Source: Methanobacteriota archaeon
GTDB lineage: Archaea > Thermoplasmatota > Thermoplasmata > RBG-16-68-12
Length of the DNA stretch: 64,000 nt
NCBI GenBank assembly: GCA_947084985.1
Contig: CAMTUI010000023.1
Location: 98,266 to 162,265 of the forward strand
Direction: 5' to 3'
Every line of letters starts with the position of its first letter. Within the stretch, counting starts at the first letter, position 1. Positions 1 to 9,303 of this stretch are shown here, piece after piece. The translations under genes were made by a program, and so were the position numbers. The notes beneath the pieces were generated by a model that did not search any database, was not told where the DNA came from, and saw only the letters and a list, made by a program, of their open reading frames with translations.

Positions 1-1042
1 TCGTCGCGACGGCCGCCATCCCCTTGAGCGCCCGGAGCTGGCGAATCATCTCCGGGACGATCTCGAACAAGTCCCCGACGATCCCGTAATCCGCGATCTC
101 GAAGAGCGGCGCCTTCGGATCGCTGTTGATGACGACGATCTTGTCGGACTCCTGCATCCCCGCGAGATGCTGGACCGCGCCGGAGATCCCGACGGCCAGG
201 TATATCTTCGGCCGGACCGTCATGCCCGTCTGCCCGACCTGGAGCATCTTCGGCACCCAGCCGCTGTCCACCGCCTTCCGGCTCGCGGCGACCGCGCCGC
301 CGGCGAGGTCCGCGAGGTCCTGGAGCATCGTGAACGGCTCCGCCCCGCCGAGGCCGTAGCCTCCGGCCACGACGATGTCCGCTTCCTCCGGTCGGAGGCC
401 TCCCTCCTTGATGAACTCCTTGAACTCGACGAGGCGAACGTCCACGTCCCTCTCGCTCAGCTCGACGGACTCCCGGACGATCTCGCCGGTCCGCGACGGA
501 TCGTGGGGCGGCGCCACGAACACGTTCCGCCGAACGGAGGCCATCTGGGGGCGGTGCTTCTTGCAGAGGATGTGCGCGAGGGACTTACCCCCGAAGCTCG
601 GGCGGATCATGTCGAGGTTGCCGTCCGGGTCGATGTCGAACTTGACGCAGTCCGCTGCAAGGCCCGTCTCGAGGACCGCGTGCAGTCGCCCGCCGAGGTC
701 GCGGCCGTTCTTCGATGCCCCGAACAGGACGATCTCCGGCTTGTGTCGTCGGATCAGCTCCGCCATGACCTTCGTGAACGGGCGGGATTGGTAGAGCCCG
801 AGGATTGGATCGTCCACAATGATCACGCGATCGAGGCCGTAGCCGATCGCATGGCGGGCGTGTGCCTCGACGGCGTGACCCGGGAGGATGCCGGTCAGCG
901 TGGTCCCGCGGAGGTCCGCGAGCCTGCGCCCCTCGCCGATCAGCTGGATCGACACGTCCCGGAGGCCATGCTTCCGATGTTCCAGGAAGACCCACACGCC
1001 GCGGAAGTGGGACTTGTCCTCGAGGACATGACCTTCCGTCAT
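1..1042 (-). CDS. etfA: electron transfer flavoprotein alpha subunit (EtfA/FixB), C-terminal end outside window
   Basis: Minus-strand ORF running off the window edge, so it is absent from the ORF track. My translation starts MTEGHVLEDKSHFRGVWVFLEH and contains PKIYLAVGISGAVQHLAGM, typical of ETF alpha. Its ATG (1042-1040) overlaps the etfB stop as ATGA. Confidence 0.85.
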   Translation of the reverse strand, partial: MTEGHVLEDKSHFRGVWVFLEHRKHGLRDVSIQLIGEGRRLADLRGTTLTGILPGHAVEAHARHAIGYGLDRVIIVDDPILGLYQSRPFTKVMAELIRRHKPEIVLFGASKNGRDLGGRLHAVLETGLAADCVKFDIDPDGNLDMIRPSFGGKSLAHILCKKHRPQMASVRRNVFVAPPHDPSRTGEIVRESVELSERDVDVRLVEFKEFIKEGGLRPEEADIVVAGGYGLGGAEPFTMLQDLADLAGGAVAASRKAVDSGWVPKMLQVGQTGMTVRPKIYLAVGISGAVQHLAGMQESDKIVVINSDPKAPLFEIADYGIVGDLFEIVPEMIRQLRALKGMAAVAT

Positions 1043-1833
1043 AGGGGGATCCCCCCGTCGACCCGGAGCGCGTCGATCAGCTGACGCACGGCATCCTTCG
1101 GATCGCCGGAGAAGATCTTCGGGGACCGGGGCGGGAGCTTCACCGTGTCGACCTTCGCGACGATCGTGGGCGAGTTGAACAGTCCGACCTTCTTCGGGTC
1201 GATCCCGACCTCCGCGCAGGACCAGTGCGTGATGACGCCTCCGCGCTTCACGCGGATCTTGCCCGTCAGGGTCGGCTCGCGCGGCGTGTTGCACCCGAAA
1301 TTCACGGTCACGAGACACGGGAGCGTCGTCTCCCACCACTCCGTGCCGTCCTCCGCGGTCCGGCGAGCGCGGACCTTTCCGTCCACGATCTGAAGTTCCG
1401 AGATGTACGTGATCTGAGGGACGTCGAGATGCCCCGCAATCCCGGGGCCGACGTGGCCCGTCGATGCGTCCGTCGTCTCCTCGCCGCACAGGATCAGATC
1501 GTACCCGCCAATCTTTGCGATCGTCTCGCTGAGTGCGTACGCCGTCGGCACGGTATCCGAGCCTCCGAGAATCCGGTCCGTCAGGAGGACCGCGCGGTCC
1601 GCCCCCATGGCCACGGCCCGCTCGAGGGATTCGTCAAAGGACGTCGGACCCATCGATAGGACGATGACCTCGGCCGCGTGGCGGTCCTTGAGGAGCAAGG
1701 CCATCTCGAGTGCGTTCGCGTCGGGCGGGTTGATCTCGCTCGGGACGCCGACCCTCTTGAGCGTCTGCGTGACGGGGTCGACCTGGAGCTCCTGGGCCTT
1801 GGGCACCTGCTTGATGCACACGATCACGCGCAT
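1039..1833 (-). CDS. etfB: electron transfer flavoprotein beta subunit (EtfB/FixA)
   Basis: ORF 1039..1869. The canonical ETF-beta N-terminus MRVIVCIKQVPK begins at the ATG at 1833. The alternative start is GTG at 1869, which overlaps the fixC stop as GTGA. Confidence 0.85.
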   Translation of the reverse strand: MRVIVCIKQVPKAQELQVDPVTQTLKRVGVPSEINPPDANALEMALLLKDRHAAEVIVLSMGPTSFDESLERAVAMGADRAVLLTDRILGGSDTVPTAYALSETIAKIGGYDLILCGEETTDASTGHVGPGIAGHLDVPQITYISELQIVDGKVRARRTAEDGTEWWETTLPCLVTVNFGCNTPREPTLTGKIRVKRGGVITHWSCAEVGIDPKKVGLFNSPTIVAKVDTVKLPPRSPKIFSGDPKDAVRQLIDALRVDGGIPL

Positions 1834-1865
1834 CGGCCTTGCGCCCGGTGCCGCACCAGGCACCG

Positions 1866-3161
1866 TCACATCGATCGGGCCCCTTGGAGCAGGTCCATCA
1901 GCAGCCGGAGCTTCGGGACGCCCGCGGACGAGACCTCCTCAAGGACAATGTCGAGCAGCCGGTCCTTGCCGCTCCCGTTCACCGTGTACACGCGCTCCGC
2001 GATCTCGAGGAGCATGCGCGGATAGAGATCGAAAAGACGTTGGTTCTTCATGTACAGCGGCGCGCGGCGGAACCGCTCGAGGTCCGTCAGCACGTTCCGA
2101 GCGCGAAGGAACCGGTCGTAGGCGGACAGGTTTGCGGCGCTCATGCCTCCCGCCGCTCGCGCGGCCTCCGCGGCCTCCCCGGCCGCTGCGCCCGACGCGA
2201 TCGCGAGGTCGACGCCTCGGAATGTATAGCCGTTGTTGATCAGGAAGCCCGCCGCATCCCCGGCGACCAGGACGCCGTCCCCCGCGATGCGCGGCATCAT
2301 CCCGGCCCCGAGCTCGGGGACCAGATGGGCGCTGTACTCCGCGACCTTTCCCCCGTGGATGAGCCGCTGGACGCTCGGATGCATGCGGAACCTCGTCTGG
2401 AGGTCCTGGATCTCGATCTTCCGTCGGGCGAGGTCCTCGGAGGACACGACGAGGCCCAGGCTGATCGACGACTTGTTCGTATACAGGAAGCCGCCCCCGC
2501 GGAGGCCCATGGACGCCTGGCCGGCGTAGATGAACGCGGCGCCGTCTTTCTCCCCAAGGCCGAAGCGCTCCTGGATCGTTTCGGGCGGGAGCTCGATCGT
2601 CTCCTTCACCCCGACGGACACCTCTCGCGGCTCGAGGTCTGCCTTCAGACCCGCGCGGCGGACCAAGGTCGACGTCGCGCCCTCTGCAATCACGACGAGG
2701 TCCGAGGCCACGCGGTCGCTCGGCGCAACGAGGACCCCCTTCACTCGTCCGTCCTCCCGCCACAGGTCGTCCACGAGGATTCCCGTGACGAGGGTCGCGC
2801 CCGCCTCCTCGGCCTTCTTCGCAAGCCAGGCGTCGAACTTCGCACGGAGCGCGGTGAAGCTCGACGCGCGGCCCTGGCCGAGTTTCGGCGAGTCGAACGA
2901 GACGGCGAGAGACGCGTCCTCCGCGAGGAACGCCATGTTCTCCCGCGTGACGAAGCGCTCGACGGGGCAGTCCTTCGCCCAGTCCGGGACGAGGTCGTGG
3001 AGGGGCCACGCGTAGATCCGCCCTCCGAACATCCCCTTGGCCCCGGGCGTCCGCCCGCGCTCCACGAGGAGCGTCGAAAAGCCCTTCCGGGCGAGCGTGA
3101 GCGCGGCCGCAGATCCGGCAGGGCCGGCACCGACGACAATCGCATCAAAACGCTCTGCCAT
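1866..3161 (-). CDS. fixC: FixC-type FAD-dependent ETF oxidoreductase
   Basis: ORF 1866..3278. A Rossmann GxGxxG (FDAIVVGAGPAGSAAALTLA) follows directly after the ATG at 3161. Length is about 430 aa and the gene order is fixC-etfB-etfA. Confidence 0.85.
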   Translation of the reverse strand: MAERFDAIVVGAGPAGSAAALTLARKGFSTLLVERGRTPGAKGMFGGRIYAWPLHDLVPDWAKDCPVERFVTRENMAFLAEDASLAVSFDSPKLGQGRASSFTALRAKFDAWLAKKAEEAGATLVTGILVDDLWREDGRVKGVLVAPSDRVASDLVVIAEGATSTLVRRAGLKADLEPREVSVGVKETIELPPETIQERFGLGEKDGAAFIYAGQASMGLRGGGFLYTNKSSISLGLVVSSEDLARRKIEIQDLQTRFRMHPSVQRLIHGGKVAEYSAHLVPELGAGMMPRIAGDGVLVAGDAAGFLINNGYTFRGVDLAIASGAAAGEAAEAARAAGGMSAANLSAYDRFLRARNVLTDLERFRRAPLYMKNQRLFDLYPRMLLEIAERVYTVNGSGKDRLLDIVLEEVSSAGVPKLRLLMDLLQGARSM

Positions 3162-3217
3162 CTTCCGGTGACCCACGGCGGAAAAGCGGCACGGGTAAAA
3201 GGCTTTCCGGACATCCG

Positions 3218-3817
3218 CTACGGTGCGGGCATCGGCCGGAGCTCGAACTCGCAGAACTCGCGGCCCTGAGCCTTGCACGCGACTTCCTCACACAGCAACT
3301 CTCGCCCGACGAGGATCTGCGCCATTCCCGCGATCCAGCCGGCCACGAAATGGCACACGGGCTTCTTCGAGGGCCCATACGCGATCGCCATCGGGCTGTT
3401 CGCGATCCGCAGGACGAACCGCCCCTTCTCCGGGTCGACCGTCCCGATCTCCGCATGGCCCCAGCCGAGCAGGGACGAGGCGTCGATCATCCGCTTCGCC
3501 GCTTCGAAGGTCGGGGCACCGGTGTCCTCTCCCGAGAGCGCGCGGAGCGGCGATACGCCTTCCCGCGAACTCCGCTCTCCCGCGAGGTACATAATGCCCT
3601 TCGCGGACCCGCCGATCGTCAGCTCGAGCTGCTTCTGGATGTTCACGATCGCCGCGGGCCGGACAATCACGCACAGCTGGCCGTACAGCTGGAGGACGCC
3701 CGACTTGGGGTCCGGCGTCAGCGCGGCGGCAAGGAATCCGCGGGCCTCCTCGGGCGTGAGCGCGGTCAGGTCGGCCTGCGCGTCAATCGAGGAGGCCTTG
3801 CGGTCGCGCAACGTCAT
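3218..3817 (-). CDS. V4R (4-vinyl reductase-like) domain protein
   Basis: 199-aa ORF. The C-terminal pattern CHFVAGWIAGMAQILVGRELLCEEVACKAQGREFCEFEL matches the Cys-rich V4R small-molecule-binding domain. Stop codon is TAG. Confidence 0.6.
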   Translation of the reverse strand: MTLRDRKASSIDAQADLTALTPEEARGFLAAALTPDPKSGVLQLYGQLCVIVRPAAIVNIQKQLELTIGGSAKGIMYLAGERSSREGVSPLRALSGEDTGAPTFEAAKRMIDASSLLGWGHAEIGTVDPEKGRFVLRIANSPMAIAYGPSKKPVCHFVAGWIAGMAQILVGRELLCEEVACKAQGREFCEFELRPMPAP

Positions 3818-3956
3818 GGATTCCGCGTCCCTCGAGGCGGCTGTCCGCTCGCCCGAATCGCCACGGATGCCGAGGGAATCCTATAGAAAGTTTCCCCCTG
3901 GGTGCCCGCCCTGATAACAGGCTGTGAAGTCTCCGGTCGATCGAATCCGGTCCAAC

Positions 3957-3968
3957 GGTTTATTACCC
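3957..3968 (+). promoter_or_regulatory. TATA-like box (GGTTTATTACCC) about 30 nt upstream of the fixX ATG
   Basis: AT-rich island in GC-rich DNA, centred about 32 nt upstream of the ATG at 3995. The same spacing is seen at many genes in this window. Confidence 0.4.
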
Positions 3969-3994
3969 GGCCCCGGTTCTCTCGCACCGAGCGG

Positions 3995-4309
3995 ATGCCG
4001 GAGCCGGTGAAGCCCGACGCCTCGAAGGTCCTCACGGTGGATGAGCGCGTCGGACTCGACCGATTCGAGTTCGACGATGAGCCCTTCATCACGGTGGACA
4101 CGGACCTCTGCCGCACGTGCGACACGAAGCCCTGCCTGTACGTCTGCCCGTCCCTCGTCTACCGCGTCGAGGAGGGGGAGCTCGTGTACAACACGGAAGG
4201 GTGCATCGAACTCGGCGCGTGCGCGATCGTCTGCAAGCATCTCGGGAAGAATGCGATCCGCTGGGCCTACCCGCGCGGTTCCTACGGCGTCGAGTTCCGC
4301 TTCGGCTGA
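3995..4309 (+). CDS. fixX: ferredoxin-like protein FixX
   Basis: ORF 3902..4309. About 100 aa counted from the ATG at 3995. The Cys pattern CRTCDTKPCLYVCP ... CIELGACAIVC is typical of FixX. It lies next to the fixC/etfBA cluster. Confidence 0.8.
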   Translation: MPEPVKPDASKVLTVDERVGLDRFEFDDEPFITVDTDLCRTCDTKPCLYVCPSLVYRVEEGELVYNTEGCIELGACAIVCKHLGKNAIRWAYPRGSYGVEFRFG

Positions 4310-4331
4310 TCGTACGACGCGGCGTGAGTTA

Positions 4332-4341
4332 CATAGATAAA
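4332..4341 (+). promoter_or_regulatory. TATA-like box (CATAGATAAA) about 30 nt upstream of lipA
   Basis: AT-rich decamer centred 30 nt upstream of the ATG at 4367. Confidence 0.4.
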
Positions 4342-4366
4342 CGCCGGCGTCCTTAGCAACGGCGTC

Positions 4367-5263
4367 ATGCTCGCCGACCGGAAGCCCGACTGGCTTCGGG
4401 TGAAGCCGCCGTCCGGCGAGTCGTACGCGCACCTGAAGTCCTTGTTCCGATCCCTCGACCTGCATACGGTCTGCGAAGAAGCCCACTGCCCGAACGTCTG
4501 GGAGTGCTGGGGCGGGGGGACCGCGACGATTATGCTGATGGGCGATACGTGCACGCGCGGCTGCCGCTTCTGCGCGGTGACGTCCGGCAACCCGCACGGG
4601 CTCCTGGACCTCGACGAACCGCGGAAGGTCGCGATCGCCCTCGCGGAGATGGACCTCTCGTACGTCGTCCTGACGTCCGTCGACCGGGACGACCTAGCGG
4701 ACGGTGGGGCGAGGCACTTCGCGAAGACGATCCGCGAGATCAAAGCCCGGCGGCCGGACATGATCGTCGAAGCGCTCATCCCCGATTTCCAGGGGGACAT
4801 GGAGGCGGTGCGCGCGGTCGTCGACGCGGGCGTCGACGTCCTGGACCACAACGTGGAGACGGTCGAGCGGCTCCAGGCCGTCGTGCGGGATCGGCGGGCG
4901 ACCTATGCCCAGAGCCTTGCGGTCCTCCGAGGCGCAAAGGACGCCCGGCGCGACCTGTACACGAAGTCTTCGATCATGCTCGGTCTTGGGGAGATGCGCG
5001 AGGAGGTCCTTCAGACGATGCGCGATCTGCGCGCCGCGGACGTGGACATCGTCACCCTGGGCCAGTACCTTCGGCCGAGCGACTGGCATCTTCCCGTGCA
5101 GGAGTACGTCTCGCCGGAGGCGTTCGACGCGCTTCGCGAGGCGGGAGAGGCGTTGGGGTTCCTCTACGTTGCCGCGGGCCCGCTCGTTCGGTCCTCGTAC
5201 CGCGCCGGTGAATTCTTCACGGATAAGGTGATTCGGGACGGTCGCAGAGCCGCGGGGGGCTGA
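4367..5263 (+). CDS. lipA: lipoyl synthase
   Basis: Contains [12 protein letters not shown] (auxiliary cluster) and the radical-SAM motif [10 protein letters not shown]. 298 aa. Confidence 0.9.
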   Translation: MLADRKPDWLRVKPPSGESYAHLKSLFRSLDLHTVCEEAHCPNVWECWGGGTATIMLMGDTCTRGCRFCAVTSGNPHGLLDLDEPRKVAIALAEMDLSYVVLTSVDRDDLADGGARHFAKTIREIKARRPDMIVEALIPDFQGDMEAVRAVVDAGVDVLDHNVETVERLQAVVRDRRATYAQSLAVLRGAKDARRDLYTKSSIMLGLGEMREEVLQTMRDLRAADVDIVTLGQYLRPSDWHLPVQEYVSPEAFDALREAGEALGFLYVAAGPLVRSSYRAGEFFTDKVIRDGRRAAGG

Positions 5264-5267
5264 GGGG

Positions 5268-6380
5268 ATGGCAGGGGAGGACATCCTCCGGATCATCGAT
5301 CTCGATGGGACGTACGATTCCAAGGTCGAGCCGAAGCTCTCCGCGGAAGCCCTCAAGGCGGCGTACCGCCACCTCGTCCTCGTGCGCCTGCTCGACACGC
5401 GCATGCTTTCCCTCCAGCGCCAGGGCCGGATCGGATTCTACGTCCCGAGCACGGGCGAGGAGGCGTGCCAGGTCGGCAGCGCGATGGCACTCGAGAAGCA
5501 GGATTGGGTCTTCCCCGCGTACCGGGAGCCGGGCTGCGCGCTCTGGCGCGGGTTCCCCGTGCGGATGCTGATCGCCCAGGCGTACGGGAACGCCCTCGAT
5601 CCGCAGAAGGGCCGGCAGATGCCGAGCCACTACGGGGCACCGGACATCAACTACGTGACCGCCTCCAGCCCGGTCGGCACGCAGATCCCCCATGCAGTCG
5701 GCGCGGCCTGGGCCGCGAAGATCCGCAAGGACGACGTCGTGACCCTCGTGTACTTCGGCGACGGGGCGACGAGCGAGGGGGACTTCCATGCCGGGATGAA
5801 TTTCGCGGGCGTGTTCAAGACGCCGACCGTGTTCTTCTGCAAGAACAATCAGTGGGCGATCTCCGTGCCCGTCTCCCGGCAGACGGCCGCGAAGACACTC
5901 GCCCAGAAGGCACACGCATACGGCTTCGAGGGCGTCCGCGTGGACGGGAACGACGTCCTCGCGGTGTACGCGGCCACGAAGGCGGCCGCGGAAAAGGCGC
6001 GGTCCGGCGGTGGACCGACGATGATCGAGGCTCTCACGTATCGAATGGGCCCGCACTCCTCGAGCGACGATCCCACTCGCTATCGGTCCAAGGAGGAAGT
6101 CGAGCACTGGCAGCAACGCGACCCGATCGAGCGGATGCGTCGTTACCTCGAACTGAAGGGCGTTTGGTCGAAAGGGTACGATGAGCAGCTGCGCGCGGAG
6201 ATCGAGGAGGACCTCCAGAACACGATCAAGGAGGTCGAGCGGCATCCCCCGCCCCGAATTGAGACGCTCTTCGAGGACGTCTACGCCGAGATGCCGCCCC
6301 ACCTGAAGGAGCAACTCGAGGCGTTCCTCGCGAGCGGGGAGCGCCGCAGGCCCGAGCTGCTCGACAAGTTCCCCCTGTGA
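5268..6380 (+). CDS. 2-oxoacid (branched-chain/pyruvate type) dehydrogenase E1 component, alpha subunit
   Basis: 370 aa. TPP-binding region YFGDGATSEGDFHAGMNFAGV...FFCKNNQWAIS, typical of E1-alpha. No E1-beta follows it. Confidence 0.85.
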   Translation: MAGEDILRIIDLDGTYDSKVEPKLSAEALKAAYRHLVLVRLLDTRMLSLQRQGRIGFYVPSTGEEACQVGSAMALEKQDWVFPAYREPGCALWRGFPVRMLIAQAYGNALDPQKGRQMPSHYGAPDINYVTASSPVGTQIPHAVGAAWAAKIRKDDVVTLVYFGDGATSEGDFHAGMNFAGVFKTPTVFFCKNNQWAISVPVSRQTAAKTLAQKAHAYGFEGVRVDGNDVLAVYAATKAAAEKARSGGGPTMIEALTYRMGPHSSSDDPTRYRSKEEVEHWQQRDPIERMRRYLELKGVWSKGYDEQLRAEIEEDLQNTIKEVERHPPPRIETLFEDVYAEMPPHLKEQLEAFLASGERRRPELLDKFPL

Positions 6381-6934
6381 CCTCCATGGCGGACCCGATG
6401 CGGTCGGAGGAGGTCGTCCTCCGGGACGGCCGGAAGGTCGCAATCCGCCCGGCGACGCTCGACGACGCGGAGCGCCTCCTCGACAACATCAACCGCATCT
6501 GCGCGGAGGATGTCTACCTGATGATGGACGAGGTCCCGTGGGACCTCGACAGGGAGAGACGCTGGCTGTCCGAATTCGACGGGGAGCAGAACGTCCTCTT
6601 CGTCGCGCTGGCGCAGGACGGGTCGCTGGTGGGCCAGGTGGACTCCCACGCGGGACGATTCCCGAAGACCCGCCACGTCGGCACGATCGGGATCGCGATC
6701 CGGGACGGCTGGAGGGAGATCGGCCTCGGGCGGATCCTCATGGACCGAATCCTCGAATGGATGCGGGCTCGCGGTTTCCGGAAGGCGGACCTGAGCGTGT
6801 TCGCGACGAACGTCCGCGCGAGGCGATTGTACGATGCGAAGGGCTTCCGCGAAGAGGGCGTCCGCGCAAAGGGGGTCCGAATCCGCGGCGAATATGTCGA
6901 CGAGATCCTGATGGGGCTCTGGCTGGGGACCTGA
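6377..6934 (+). CDS. GNAT family N-acetyltransferase
   Basis: 185 aa with the acetyl-CoA-binding core IAIRDGWREIGLGRILMDRILEWMRARGF...RARRLYDAKGF. Its GTG start overlaps the E1-alpha stop as GTGA; the ATG at 6386 is an alternative. Confidence 0.8.
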   Translation: MTSMADPMRSEEVVLRDGRKVAIRPATLDDAERLLDNINRICAEDVYLMMDEVPWDLDRERRWLSEFDGEQNVLFVALAQDGSLVGQVDSHAGRFPKTRHVGTIGIAIRDGWREIGLGRILMDRILEWMRARGFRKADLSVFATNVRARRLYDAKGFREEGVRAKGVRIRGEYVDEILMGLWLGT

Positions 6935-7014
6935 CCGACGTTCCGGCGCATCGATTCGCAGATCCCCGCACTACGCTTAAGTGGTCCATGCGGCTACCTT
7001 AACGGGGGAGTCTC

Positions 7015-7575
7015 ATGGCTCGAAAGACGAAGCGAGCAGCAAAGCGGAAGAAGGCGGGGCGTACCAGGAAACCGGCGCGGGTGAGTCCGGTCCCGCCCGG
7101 GATGCGCAGCGTGACGCCGTACCTCGTGATCCAAGGCGCGGCCAGGGCGATCGAGTTCTACAAGAGGGCGTTCGGCGCGAAGGAGATCGACCGGTCGCCC
7201 ATGCCCGATGGCACGTTGCTCCACGCGACGATCAAGATCGGCGATTCCGTGATCATGATGTCCGATGAGTTCTCCGGGGGCGATTCGAAGTCGCCGACGT
7301 CCGCGGGGGCGACGACGTTCAACCTGCACATCTACTCGAAGGACGTCGACAAGCTCTGGAGCCAGGCCGTCGCCGCCGGCGCGACGCCGACGATGCCCTT
7401 GGACAACCAGTTCTGGGGCGAGCGCTACGGGAAGCTGCAGGACCCGTTCGGCCACATCTGGTCCGTCTCCATGCGGATCAAGATGAGCAAAGGGGAGATG
7501 GAGGCGAAGCGGCAGGCCGCCATGGCCATGTTCGAGAAGGGCGCGCATCCCGGCTTCGAGGATTCGCCGCGCTGA
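7015..7575 (+). CDS. VOC/glyoxalase-family (PhnB-like) protein with Lys/Arg-rich N-terminal tail
   Basis: The core SVTPYLVIQGAARAIEFYKRAFGA...DPFGHIWSV is PhnB/VOC-like. It is preceded by the 29-aa tail ARKTKRAAKRKKAGRTRKPAR. The internal ATG at 7102 is an alternative start. Confidence 0.7.
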   Translation: MARKTKRAAKRKKAGRTRKPARVSPVPPGMRSVTPYLVIQGAARAIEFYKRAFGAKEIDRSPMPDGTLLHATIKIGDSVIMMSDEFSGGDSKSPTSAGATTFNLHIYSKDVDKLWSQAVAAGATPTMPLDNQFWGERYGKLQDPFGHIWSVSMRIKMSKGEMEAKRQAAMAMFEKGAHPGFEDSPR

Positions 7576-7612
7576 CGCGATCCTTGAATCTAGCTTTATA
7601 CGGAACCTCGGC

Positions 7613-8551
7613 TTGCACGGGCCCGTGTCCCAGGAGGCCCTCCGCGCGGAGGACGTGCGGAAGGTGTACCGCGGCCGGACCAGGCCGCAAGTCGAGGCCT
7701 TACGGGGCGTGTCGCTCGCCTTCCGCCGAGGCGAACGGATCGCATTGCTGGGGCGGAACGGAGCGGGCAAGACGACCTTCCTGCGGATCGCATCGACCCT
7801 GCTGATCCCCACGTCGGGGACGATCGACGTGTTCGGATTCGATGTCGTCGAAGTCCCGGAGAAGGTCCGGCCGCTCATCGCAGTCGTGCCGCAGGAAGGC
7901 AAGCCGTTCTTCCACCTGACTCCGAGGGAACAAGTGTACTGCTACCTGCGCGCCCGCGGCATCTCGAAGGAGGTCGCGAAAGCCCGCACGGAGGAGGCCC
8001 TCGACCAGATGGGGCTGCAGGAGGTCGCGGACCGCCTGAGCGTGACCCTGAGCGGCGGGCAGAAGCAGCGGGCGATGGTCGCGACCGTCTTGGCGACGGA
8101 AGCCCCGCTCATGTTCCTCGACGAGCCGACGATCGGCCTGGACCCTTTCGCCCGGCGAGCCGTCTGGAACGTGCTCCGGGAGCTGACGCGGAAAGGCTCG
8201 ACGGTCCTCCTGACGACGCACTACCTCGACGAGGCGGAGGCCCTCTCCGAGCGGCTGTACATCATGGAGGAGGGACGCATCCTGTTCGAAGGGACCGCGG
8301 AGAGCGCGAAGCGCCAGATCGGCGGGACCCTGCGCGTCTCGATCCAGAACGGCGGGAACCATCGGGAGCTGTTCGCGTCGTTCGGGCAAAACGTCGCGGA
8401 AGGGACGTCCCTCTACGTGATTACAGAACCCGAGCGGATCCACGAGGTGATGGACGTCGCCCTGCGGGAGCACCTGTCCGCGACGGTCGGGCCCGTGACC
8501 CTCGAGGAGGCGTTCCTGACGATCGTCGGCCGTTCGATCGACGAAGAGTGA
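7613..8551 (+). CDS. ABC transporter ATP-binding protein
   Basis: Walker A GRNGAGKTT, signature LSGGQKQR and Walker B LMFLDEP. Start is uncertain: TTG at 7613 or GTG at 7625. A TATA-like CTTTATA sits at about 7594-7600. Confidence 0.85.
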   Translation: MHGPVSQEALRAEDVRKVYRGRTRPQVEALRGVSLAFRRGERIALLGRNGAGKTTFLRIASTLLIPTSGTIDVFGFDVVEVPEKVRPLIAVVPQEGKPFFHLTPREQVYCYLRARGISKEVAKARTEEALDQMGLQEVADRLSVTLSGGQKQRAMVATVLATEAPLMFLDEPTIGLDPFARRAVWNVLRELTRKGSTVLLTTHYLDEAEALSERLYIMEEGRILFEGTAESAKRQIGGTLRVSIQNGGNHRELFASFGQNVAEGTSLYVITEPERIHEVMDVALREHLSATVGPVTLEEAFLTIVGRSIDEE

Positions 8552-8554
8552 GGC

Positions 8555-9301
8555 ATGGTGTTCGGGCTCCGGTGGGCCGGTTCCGGCGTCTTCCTCGCGA
8601 CGGAGATTCGCGTGCAGCTCCACGAGTGGCTCGCGATCGTGACCGGCACCCTGACGCCAGGCGCGCTCCTCGTGTTCGTCGCCGTCCTCGCGCCGGACCT
8701 CCTAGCCGTGACGGTGATCGGCGCGCTCGTGTACTCGATGTTCCTGATCGGGCAGCGCGTGCTGAACGAGGCCGCGTACATCCGAATCGACCACAAGCTG
8801 AACGAGCTGTACCACGCGAGCCCGCTCACGCCGGAAGCCTATTTCATCGGAATCGCGGGCGGCATGCTTGTGGCGTATCTGCCCCCGAGCCTCGTGCTCC
8901 TCGTAATCCTGGAAATCCTGCATCCCCTGAGCCCATTCGCTTTCCTCGTTCTGGCGGCCTGCCTCCTCGCCGTGTGGGCCGTGTCCGCCACGATCGGTTA
9001 CGTCGTGTCGACGCTCTTCAAGGACATGAAGACGATCTGGCCGTACTCCGCGCTCCTCACGAATCTTTTCGGGATCCTCCCGCCTGTGTTCTATCCCCTC
9101 CGTCTCGTGCCGCTCGAATGGCGGTCTGCGGCCCTCGTCCTCCCGACGAGCGCGGCGGCGGTCCTCGTGAACGCGGCCGCGGGACTCGAGACCATCAGAG
9201 CGGACGAGGCGATCCTCGCGGCCATCTCCCTCGGCGCCGAGGCCCTCGCCCTGTTCGCATTCGGAATCTACTGGGCCCGTCGAACAGCCCGGGAGCGTTG
9301 A
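8555..9301 (+). CDS. ABC-2 type transporter permease
   Basis: 248-aa polytopic hydrophobic protein starting 4 nt after the ATPase gene. Confidence 0.7.
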   Translation: MVFGLRWAGSGVFLATEIRVQLHEWLAIVTGTLTPGALLVFVAVLAPDLLAVTVIGALVYSMFLIGQRVLNEAAYIRIDHKLNELYHASPLTPEAYFIGIAGGMLVAYLPPSLVLLVILEILHPLSPFAFLVLAACLLAVWAVSATIGYVVSTLFKDMKTIWPYSALLTNLFGILPPVFYPLRLVPLEWRSAALVLPTSAAAVLVNAAAGLETIRADEAILAAISLGAEALALFAFGIYWARRTARER

Positions 9302-9303
9302 GG

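Noticed and set aside
1839-3269. Very long ORFs antisense to recognised genes. Examples: 167-1084(+), 1839-3269(+), 5217-6443(-), 11843-13513(+), 26133-27431(-), 35217-36296(-), 36995-38260(-), 39686-41428(-), 47006-48415(-), 54321-55520(-), 57564-58589(-), 57881-59281(+).
   Set aside because: These are typical high-GC shadow ORFs. Their translations are Arg/Pro/Gly/Asp-rich low-complexity strings with no motifs. The opposite strand carries an unmistakable conserved protein with strong third-position GC bias.
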